A DNA stretch of 62,446 nucleotides, the filler included, from Rhabdomonas costata (taxonomy: Eukaryota), in the NCBI GenBank assembly GCA_019059605.1. It is 33 parts of 33 records of this genome, joined end to end, with 100 filler letters (N's around TTAATTAATTAA, not from the genome) between each part and the next. Parts side by side here need not be neighbours in the genome. Positions count along the whole stretch, not along the records: positions 53,076 to 54,870 come from JAHMHO010008941.1; positions 54,971 to 56,765 come from JAHMHO010008942.1; positions 56,866 to 58,658 come from JAHMHO010008943.1; positions 58,759 to 60,551 come from JAHMHO010008944.1; positions 60,652 to 62,446 come from JAHMHO010008945.1; 28 more parts are not named here. The stretch is one strand, 5' to 3'. The position numbers and the translations under genes were made by a program. Shown here piece by piece: positions 53,076 to 62,446 of the stretch (position 1 is its first letter; each line of letters opens with the position of its first letter). The notes beneath the pieces were generated by a model. It was not told the origin of the DNA. It ran no database searches and saw only the letters and a list, made by a program, of their open reading frames with translations.

Positions 53076-54870
53076 GGGGGGTTGGGTCAGCACCATCAGA
53101 ACCCGACACGCCGAACCCGGAAACCAAGCCCTCCAACCCAACCTAGCCAACGATACCAACTGCCACACGCCCCACCAAGATCCAACCAAGCCGCATACAC
53201 ATGTAGAAGAAGAAGTTCAGCAAAGAGCACAACACAAAGCAACGACGGAACCTGCATCCCTGACTCAGACACAGAAGGCCAACACAACCACGAAGACCGA
53301 AGACAACCCCAGCACCACAAACGCAGAAGCCGAACCAACACACACAGAACGCCCACACCGACACCAGCCCCGACAACTACACAAGCGAGTAGAAAAGCAT
53401 CCGTCAAAGATGCCATAAAGGTGTTATGGTGATGGTGGGATGACCAGGTTACTTGAAGCGACTGCCAACCTTAGCCGTAAAAGCTGCAAAAGGGCACGTC
53501 CGAGGTCCAATGGTAAAACCTAACCCTTCACGTGTAACCGGAGGTATCTTAGCGAGTGAAGCCGTGAAGCCACCGTAGCCAGAGAGCATGACTAGGCCCA
53601 TTGTTAAACTGCAGTGTATTAGCGCAGGTGTTGAATGGCGGTGGCTACCAAGTGGGGTGACAATCGTGCATGAAAGGCTGTAACCCCATCCTAGCGTCGT
53701 GGAGCCCACGTGGTGCATTCTAGCCGCTCGCGTGCCTCGAAAACATTTGCCAGTGAGCACCCGAAAACGCAAAACCCAACCAAAGACCCCACCGTAAAAT
53801 TGCACACGCAAACTCCAACCAATAAACGCAAAGCTCACTCTAAGCCCACTACACGCTAAGGAACACGCACCACCTGAACCTCCAACCTAGGAACTAAAAA
53901 TACCACACTAAAACCGACCTCAGAAATCTCTCACACACTCAGTCTCCAGATCCACCCACTTAACGCTAAGTCCACTCCAAGCACTGACCACCATTTGCGC
54001 GACAAACAAAGACGCAAAGGTGAACGCCACGCACACATGCTACACAGAAAATAACCCTTTCACACCATACATCCCATGATGCACTCCACTCTGCCACAGA
54101 AATGTGACCCCCTTGACCATCACATGCGACCCTGCCTTTCCCACGCACGCTCCTGCACACATCTTACCAGACACCACGACCAACCCAGCCTCCGATAAAC
54201 TCCACATCAAGCTTTAACAGAGCGCAGAATACCCGCATCTCTCCTGCACCTGACCACCTAGCCAACAACCACCTACCACTATCTACCAAGCCACCACATG
54301 CACTAATCCCAACCCCACCTGCTAACATCACGCCAAGATTACAAATTCCAACGCGAGAAATTCCACTTGGTGAAAAAACACATCGTGGTGAAAAGATTCC
54401 CATGTGGTGAACAAGCTGAGTACATAGAGGCTACTACTAGACATGGCTATACATGGCACTTCGCTGCTGCCTCAGGTGGTAGAAGCCCAATGGTAACGCA
54501 GCCTGTGGTGTAGGCCGCAGAGACAGATATCTGCTTGGTGTTACTACTACGGCATTGTCCTCGTACCTCAAACCATGACTTTTCACTATGATCCCAATGT
54601 GATCCGTATGTAGAGATCATAAGTAAAGGCCTCCAAGGCCAACATCACTACTACACCGGCAGAACGCCCATGCGAGGTTGGGTCCACAAAGAACACAAGC
54701 GAAGAGAGATTGAGTGGTGATGGGAGTAGTGCAGCAACTAAAGTAAGATAGGAGCAAAGCAAAAGAAGTGACTGAGCGACATTACAAACGTAGCGAGGAA
54801 CGAGCGTAGCGAGTGACGAAGTGGGTGGTATTACCTCTGGGCCCCATGCCCCATCACTACCCCAACACAA
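53076..54870 (+). repeat. A/C-skewed decayed repeat, possibly a LINE-like relic
   Basis: A/C skew over the whole contig, no splice-supported exons, short words shared with 45496-45900. Confidence 0.3.
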
Positions 54871-56452
54871 NNNNNNNNNNNNNNNNNNNNNNNNNNNNNN
54901 NNNNNNNNNNNNNNTTAATTAATTAANNNNNNNNNNNNNNNNNNNNNNNNNNNNNNNNNNNNNNNNNNNNTGTTTGTAGTAGAAGAAAAAGGCGACCGCT
55001 TTCTTAGTGTCCGGTCTCCCGGATCTACTCTGGGTTTTTACCCTTTTTACCCCCTAACAAACCCACCTCGAGACCTTCTTTTGGGTTTGATCTCATTTTG
55101 CTCTCTCATCCGGTAGGGAATCACAGTTCACACGGTAAGGTCAACACAGGAAGATTGAAAGAAGGAGGATGGACCAACAGGAAAAGAAAAGCACGCCGCC
55201 TTATTCCGAGACGTAGGTTGGCGGTTGGGATTTGGACGCCCAGAAAGGGGTAAAAGAAAGCCAAGAGGGAATTTACATGCTAAAGCATTGGGAAACGATC
55301 AGAAGAGTGAAATCTTTGATGGAGATGGATTCTAAAGCCTGATGGTTAATTTGGAAAACTCGGTAGGGAATTTCCGAAAAATTTCAGCGGTAGACTTGCA
55401 TTTTTAATAAACCTAAAGCCAGTCAGGTGAAAACATGGAATACTGTACAAAACAGGGGCGACAATGGGATGAGTGGATGAAAAGCGCAATGCAACTCAAG
55501 GGGACTCGAACCAAGGTGCGGGTTGAGGTCACCGCGCACCACGAGTGAGGAAAAGAGAAAGCCTGTCAAAAGAACTGTGTTGTGCCAAAGGTAGTGGGTT
55601 GTCCAGCCATGATTTGGCCCACAAGAAGGAGAAGACGGAGGAGGACGGTGCTGATGAGAGCCGTTCCGGAGGACGACGTTGAGGATGACAAGGCTGCAGA
55701 GCTGAGCACACGACGAGTTGGCCGCGCAGGTTTGGAGAAGTTGAGCGAGCAGGTCGTAGAAAGCAGCCACGGGAGTACAGGAAGGGGCGTCAAAGTGCAG
55801 CATGCGGCTGGTTGAGGCAACAAGGCCCCGGCCAGCAGCTCCTGTTGATGAGTAGACCTTGGAAAAGCGCAGTGTGACCACGGTGCGGGGGGTTGAAATC
55901 AGAGGAGTTTGCATTCGTACAAAAACTATCTTGAAAGAATTCGACGAGGAGAACGCGGTGGAGCAAAGAATTTCCCAGAAGTTCGAATGATTTCAAGGAC
56001 GATGTGGTGATGGTCTAGATTGCCGCGGATTTTGAAGAAGATTGCGTTGAGTGGAATCCTCAAGACTTTCTACATCGATTTGAAGAATCAAAAGGGGCGT
56101 TGTATGTGTTTTGTGGCTTTTTGACCTTACATGTTGGAATAGGAGTTTAATGATTACGTAAATCAAGTCCAACCACGGCCTCGGGGGCCACGGTGTGTTG
56201 GCGGGCTCTTGATCCATCTCCTGCTTCGCCTGGTTCCGGTCTCCGTCGCCCTGTGGGCCATCTACCGTCGCGCCCGCAACCGCCTCCTCCACTTCCTCGA
56301 AGGCAACACCCGCGGTGGACGCCACCACGCACGGCGGGAACGCCAATCCCAGGCGGCCCCCCTCTCGCTGCCAACTCCAGGGACCCGGGGGTCCGCTACC
56401 CAGACATTGTGCCATACTCGCTGGACGCCCCTCCCTCCCGGCGACGCTTTAG

Positions 56453-56653
56453 CCTCCGCGTACACATGCCCCTACGGATACCCCGCAAAGCCCCTGAGCA
56501 CGTCGTGCAGCTACTCTGTATGCTTCCTGTTGGAATGCTGCTACTCGATCTGTGGTGGGACCTACTACTCCTGACACTCGGGGTATACGGCGAACACCTC
56601 GGGGACGACGTGTTCCAGCTCGACCTGCTTGCTGTCAGAGTGCTGCACTGGAG
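56453..56653 (+). CDS. Cys-rich repeat exon (two CxxGY...C....C....ECC units) with an in-frame TGA at 56572-56574
   Basis: YTCPYGYPAKPLSTSCSYSVCFLLECC aligns without gaps to YS*HSGYTANTSGTTCSSSTCLLSECC; candidate TAG acceptor (56452) and GTGTGC donor (56654). Confidence 0.65.
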
Positions 56654-56865
56654 GTGTGCGTGTGTGCGGGGGGGAAGAGGAATGTTGTTGGGCGCTTTGT
56701 ACTGGGTTGGCGCGGATTTTTGCGATAGCAATAAAATGGAAAAATTTTTCCAAAAAACCCAACCCNNNNNNNNNNNNNNNNNNNNNNNNNNNNNNNNNNN
56801 NNNNNNNNNTTAATTAATTAANNNNNNNNNNNNNNNNNNNNNNNNNNNNNNNNNNNNNNNNNNNN

Positions 56866-58296
56866 TGCAGCGCGAGCTGTCGCGGCTGGTGCAGGCGGAG
56901 CACCCCAACATTGTGACGTACTACAACGCCTTTTTTGTGGGCAACGAGATGAAGGTGTGAATTCTGCGGAGGAAGGGAAGGGATGTGTGGTGGGAGGGCG
57001 AGCCTGCATTGCAGTGTGAGATGTTGTGGTTTTTTTTCGAGGGGAAGCATGAGCCCTTTGCCTTGCCCGGGAAGTTGGCTGTTCACTTAAGAGTTAGATA
57101 CGAGGAAATGTTTTTCATTGATGGATTCATGGATGCCTGCGTGTCGCCTTCGAAGTGGTTTGGCAACTTTCGGTTTGCATTGGATTTTCTCTGCTTTGAA
57201 GCTATTTTGTTGTGCACTCTCTGTCCCCTCCCCTTTAAAATTTCAGGTCTCACACAAATTCCAAGGGCCTCGTACAGTTTTTCTGCTTCCATCGGTCTCC
57301 GTCCGTTCCGTTTTCCTTCTGGCATTGTTTGAATGCTTTGAATCCACGGATACTCTCCTGCCTGGGGTGGGAAAAAGATTGTGATGGAGTACATGGACGC
57401 CGGCACGGTAGCCGCCCTGCTGCGCAAGGTGGGCCCAGTTCCGATGGAAGTGCTGGGGATGCTCATGAGACAGGTCTGCTTTCTTTTCTTTTCTTTTCGC
57501 ATCGGGCCGCTGGGAAAGCTTCAGCTTTTTCGTGCCGTGAGTACCAGCGGAGGCATACAACGCCGAAATGCTTGACAAAACCGATTGGTGATGAAAGAAG
57601 GTGTTGTCAGAAAGCAGTACTGCGCGATCCCCCTTTCCCTGTCATCGCCTTCCCATAGGTGAGCTGTGGGTTAGCCCACCTGCACCAGCAGGGCATCCTC
57701 CACCGCGACGTGAAACCGTCGAACCTCTTAGTGAGCCGCAGCGGTGCGGTGAAGATCGGGGACTTCGGGATCTCCTCGGCAGTGGGGCCCAGCGGCCACT
57801 GCTCCTCCGCTGGGCAGGCTGTGGTGGGGTCGACGTGCTACATCAGCCCTGAGCGAATCCGTGGTCAGGCCTACGGTGCTGCTGCGGACATCTGGGGTCT
57901 GGGACTGACCTGTGCGGTACACCGGCTTGCTGGCTTCTGAGATAATGTCCCGTATTGTTTTTTTGGTGTAGTGTGTTTTGGTTGTCCAAAATGACGATGT
58001 CGGTTGACACCATGAATTGATGGCTTTGTGAAAACTGAACAGTTAAATTGTTTCACAGTTTTCACAGTTCACTGTTCTGTCTAAAATAAATTGGGTGCAG
58101 GCTTGGACACAGCAGGCCCTGCACCTGCCTCAGCAGGATCAGTGGATGAGCAGGGCCTCTGTTCCTCTCATACCTCCCTCCCCCGAAAAGGAATGTGCGC
58201 TTGGCGTGTTCCCGCTAGTCCCGGAGGGGGTTGTGCTGTCCGCCGATGCCGAAGAGAACCCCTTGCATGCCCCACTGAACATGTTCGACCTGGAGG
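56866..58296 (+). CDS. MAP kinase kinase (STE7 family), partial; exons <56866-56954, 57378-57473, 57659-57916, 58191-~58296
   Basis: REL...HPNIVTYYNAF, IVMEYMDAG, GLAHLHQQGILHRDVKPSNLL, VKIGDFGIS, VGSTCYISPERI, ADIWGLGLT, ECALGVFP. Confidence 0.93.
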
Positions 58297-58758
58297 CGTA
58301 TGTTGCTTTTTTTTACCCCCTGCTTTGTGCATTCTCGTTTGGAGCACCAGTGCTTTTGTGTCAGAAGGGAACTATTATGGAGCTGTACGAGTCCCAACCC
58401 TTAACCCAATCACCAGACACCAATGAGGAGCCACACAGCACCTGAAACTAAAGGTAAGAGAGAAGAGACCTGAACACAGCAGTGAAGAATTTTTCGGCAA
58501 TGCTCTGTGGTGGTGAGGTGGAGGTCTCTGCGGGCTTCACCATCGCCCCCTCCTCCCACACACACGCTCGCACCACTGCCCGGCAACAGTCTGCTCCCCA
58601 TCCCCTGTGGTGCCGCAATGAACTGTTATTTCGTGGAACTGTGGCTCCAAACAAAAACNNNNNNNNNNNNNNNNNNNNNNNNNNNNNNNNNNNNNNNNNN
58701 NNTTAATTAATTAANNNNNNNNNNNNNNNNNNNNNNNNNNNNNNNNNNNNNNNNNNNN

Positions 58759-60373
58759 GTGTGTGGGGCTCGAGGGCATGACAGGCGCGGCAGGGGGGGT
58801 GGAGGGGGCCTCCTCGGAGTGCTCCCAGGAGGAGTGGTCCGGATGGGCTTGCCGGCTGCTGGCCGGCTCCGCTCCTGCGTCCGCCTTCGGCTTGGCTGGG
58901 GCTTGGACTGGCGCCCCGGGGAGGTACACTGCGAGCATGGAGAGGTCTTTGGTGACTCCCAGAATCATCTGCAGCGAAGGTGGCAAGAAGGCCAACCATA
59001 GCACCAAACATGCCTTGCATTTTTTAGCCAAACTTTGTGTGGCGAAAAAGGTCATACCCTAGATATTCCATCGCATACAGAGCACCATCGGGGGGGCCAG
59101 TGGTACATGAAATCATTCTCAATAAATTCTTAGAAATACTCCACCCAACCTGACACATCGCTCATGTCACCACATTCACACTCAAACTGGATTTGAGACA
59201 CACCCCCTCTAAATGGGTCGACAAATCTCCCGGAGAGCCCAGGAGCCCAGAAAGTGGGCACAGTTCTCCAGGCAACTACGGCATACCAGTACACCTGGTT
59301 TGGAGTGACATTTGAAGTCGATTTCATTGGTGTGCAATGGTTTGAAAGAGATTGCGATCGCTTCTCATAGATTCTCCCGAGTTTTGCAGTGACTCCCCGT
59401 GAACACGTATTCCAGGTGACGCAGACCACTGCCCCCTCCCCCTTCTTCCCCGCCGCTTGTTGTGGGGAAGCACCTGGTAAAGCTCCCTGCACCGCCACCA
59501 GCGCCAGATCACCAGGCTAGCAAACAGGGCGGCCAAGAAAGCCACCAGGGCGTACAGGCTCAGAGGCAAGCTGGAGGGAGTGCTGCGCAGGAGATGAGCC
59601 ACCGGGTCTGGGGAGACCCAGCCCCACGTCAGCACACCCATCCACAGCTGAGAGGGAAACAAGAGAGATCGCGAGTGAACGTTCGTATGAGAGGACCGAT
59701 GCCATTGGATGATGGCTTCCACCAATTTTTCGTGGTGCCACTACGGGGGCCTATTTTACTGGAAAGAGAGATAGAAAACCACGGGAAAGCAAGTGGAAGT
59801 GTTCACATGAGACTTTCTTAAACGTCAGCCGTTTATCCGCCAACGACATTACCATTTTCAGGAAGACCCCCCCACACACAAAAAAGTCACAGATTTGCTC
59901 TGGCCCCAGTTGGTCGAATGATATCTTTGCCAACAACTTCACATCTACGTAATGACAAAGGCTAAGTCCCGGGGATGACTCCACAAGAAAGAAAGGGAGG
60001 GGAGGGGGCGAAGGCAGGGCACCAAGAGCTGCAACATCAGGGCCCCACTGCCCACCACGGTGCCCCCCCACATTGGACTGACAGGGATCATCGGCAGCAT
60101 GGAGAGGATGAAGGCCTTGCCCACGCGGTAGGCCAGCAGGCGGACGGGGCGGTACCGCACCGTCACCCCGACAAAGCCTCCCCAGGAGAGCTGAAGCACA
60201 CTCCCTCCGACGCCACCCGAGCCTTCACCAACCCCCGCCCCCTCCAGGGCTTCGTCGTCGTTCTCATTGCTCTTTTGGTGGTGCCACAGGCCCGGGTGAC
60301 ACGGGTGCGTGTGCAATGAGAGTGAGGTGCCGGTGAGGTAGCGATGCACATGTTCGAAATTCATCTGTTTAAC
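58759..60373 (-). CDS. Hypothetical multi-pass membrane protein; exons 60373-60023, 59647-59474, 58968->
   Basis: Phase-0 GT-AG introns; exons of 351 and 174 nt; several hydrophobic segments; family not recognised. Confidence 0.6.
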
Positions 60374-62446
60374 CTGGATTTGTGGAGGAAGGAAAGAATC
60401 GATCTCAGACCGCAAATCAGCCGACATCCCCTTCCCAGCTCAAACTCACATTCCACACTCGCTCAGCGACATCCTTCGGAGCGTGAAGAAAAACAAACGG
60501 AAAAACACGGCCAAGAAGACGGGCTGCGAACGGGAGAGTCCACACCCAAAANNNNNNNNNNNNNNNNNNNNNNNNNNNNNNNNNNNNNNNNNNNNTTAAT
60601 TAATTAANNNNNNNNNNNNNNNNNNNNNNNNNNNNNNNNNNNNNNNNNNNNGACAAAATTCGAAAAAGGACAAAATTCGAAAAATGACGAAGTTCAAAGA
60701 AGGACAAAGTTTAACAAACGACTGATATCAAGAAAGGCAAACTTCTGAAGGACGGGGTGTTTAGACACTTGTTTGTCCTGCAAATGACAGCCAGATCGAT
60801 TGGTAAAATAGTCCGCCATGATCGAATGCCCCGCTTCCGCCTTGCCTCGTCGACCATGACGCCACGGCATTTTTGACTCGTCCTTCGCTCGCCGCGCTTC
60901 GCTCCGTTGGGCTCTCTCTGTGCGCTCCGTTCCTTATATCTAAAACTCGACGTATTCTTTAAACAAGGTGCGTAATTCAGAGAAAATGGGAGGTTCAAAT
61001 GTAAAGGGGCGTTTTGGAACAGCGGTTAGAAGGGAGATGTTATTACCGCGCTGCTTTTGCTCTCTTCATTGATTTCTTATGCGTCGCTTAAATTTGACTT
61101 GCCGCGCTCTCTTTTTGTATGAAAGATTGTTCTCTCATTGTTGTGCCCGATGATAGCACACGTTCATTTAGTTTTAAACAAAAATTTGGATCTTCTGCGT
61201 TTACACTCATGAAAACGAACGGTCGCCAAAGATAATAAAATGTTGACTTCGGGGTCGATGCAGGTTGATTGTCGTCTTGGGGGAGCGTGGTGCGGCTGCC
61301 GTCCCGGTCCACCCGGCGGGCCTCCCGAAGAGAAACGTGGGGAGGGAGCGAGATGTGGGACACGATTTGCCTCCACGTGCATACCCAATCCATCGGGAAG
61401 AATCGGAGAGGTAGAGACACTTTTGCCGTTCCGCACGTCTGAAATCACGCGTCCGCAGGCGCGGGCGTTGTGGCATCCACATTCATGGTTTCTTTGTTTC
61501 GCTTCGCGCGACCTTCTTTATGGATTCCTTGTGGCCCTTGTGATGGCTCATGGGCCTCCGCCGGGCTGGGTTGCCACCTATTGGTCGCTTGCCTGGTTCC
61601 CCTTCGGGCCATTGGTAACGAAAGGGAAGGAGTCTACTCTTTCCCCCTTCCGCCCAGCCAAAAGCTAAAGCCCCAAACAGAAGGCACCGCCGCGTCCACA
61701 CCCAAATGGGCAAATGCAAAGGAAGCCTGTTCTCCTGCCGCCTCCGTCGGGAACAAACCACCAAAGCAAAACACCCGCAAAGGAAAAAGGTTCAATCTCG
61801 GAAGCCGCAATATGGAGAGAGAAGAGAGCGCCAACATATACCATCTCGTCCCTTTCCCTGTCAAGGCCATAAGAAGTTCGCGGGGATGCACGCGGTTTCT
61901 GGGGCGGGAGGAAGAGTGAAAGAGCCAGACAGTATGAACCGGGCCACTGTAGTTGATTTTTTGTGGTGTTGTGCGATCGGCTGCGAAAACTTTCCCCCAG
62001 AGCAGCGGCGGGCGTGCCGAACCGACAAAATGCGAAAAAATGCGGGGACGGGAGCCATTTCGAAAAAGAAAATGGGCAAACACAACGCAGAAAGGGGAAT
62101 GGGGAGCACCTAACTGTCTTTTGGCGGATTCAACACTGAGTTCGAGTTTTCGAGCTCCAGTTGGAATTGAAGATTTTGTGTCTTTCTAAAATCTCTCAAA
62201 CTTTTTTTGCAGAAGAAAAATTGTAAGTGGCTGTGTTCTTAATGACGGCACCAGGGACATTATTGACAAACGTGGGCCACGTCACTGGGTGCGGTGCGGT
62301 GGCTTTTCCTGTTCCTCACGCCGTTTTTTCGGCCCATTCGGGGCATTCGTGGATGGGGATGGTTATGCGCGGAAATTTCAACAGACTGCGTTCCCGTCTG
62401 ATCTTTGCCTCTGTGTATGATGGGCGGGGCCTACAGGATCCGAAGG

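Noticed and set aside
55495-55535. GGTTCGAGTCCC B-box/T-loop-like motif on the minus strand
   Set aside because: No T-stem pairing beyond 2 bp and no cloverleaf; not a tRNA.
51-58296. MAPK, MAP2K and CaMKK-like genes as a signalling cluster
   Set aside because: They lie on separate contigs joined artificially.

Overview
This window is not one locus. It is 33 unrelated contigs of about 1.8 kb each, joined by artificial 100-nt spacers (N-run, TTAATTAATTAA, N-run), so adjacency across spacers is meaningless and most of the six-frame ORF track is noise. Most contigs are fragments of an intron-rich protist nuclear genome with GT-AG introns; a euglenozoan or euglenid origin is a weak inference. 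Spliced genes I could rebuild by hand: MAPK, MAP2K, a CaMKK/LKB1-like kinase, DPH5, an NDUFA6-like LYR protein, an AP-1 mu subunit, an M16 insulysin-like peptidase, a DEAH helicase, a pentapeptide-repeat protein, a J-like protein and an F-box/LRR pseudogene. There are also decayed retroelements (CRE-like, RNase H LINE, Ty3/Gypsy). Three things stand out: (1) an AT-rich, intronless giant-virus-like contig encoding a Ulp1-type protease; (2) a secreted protein built from a six-cysteine module I do not recognise, on phase-1 exons; (3) a Cys-rich repeat with an in-frame TGA exactly at a conserved Cys position. G/T-only contig starts, A/C-only contig ends and terminal fold-backs point to whole-genome amplification. 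All family calls come from motif recognition by eye; no database search was run. I found no multi-gene novel system, CRISPR array, rRNA or tRNA.
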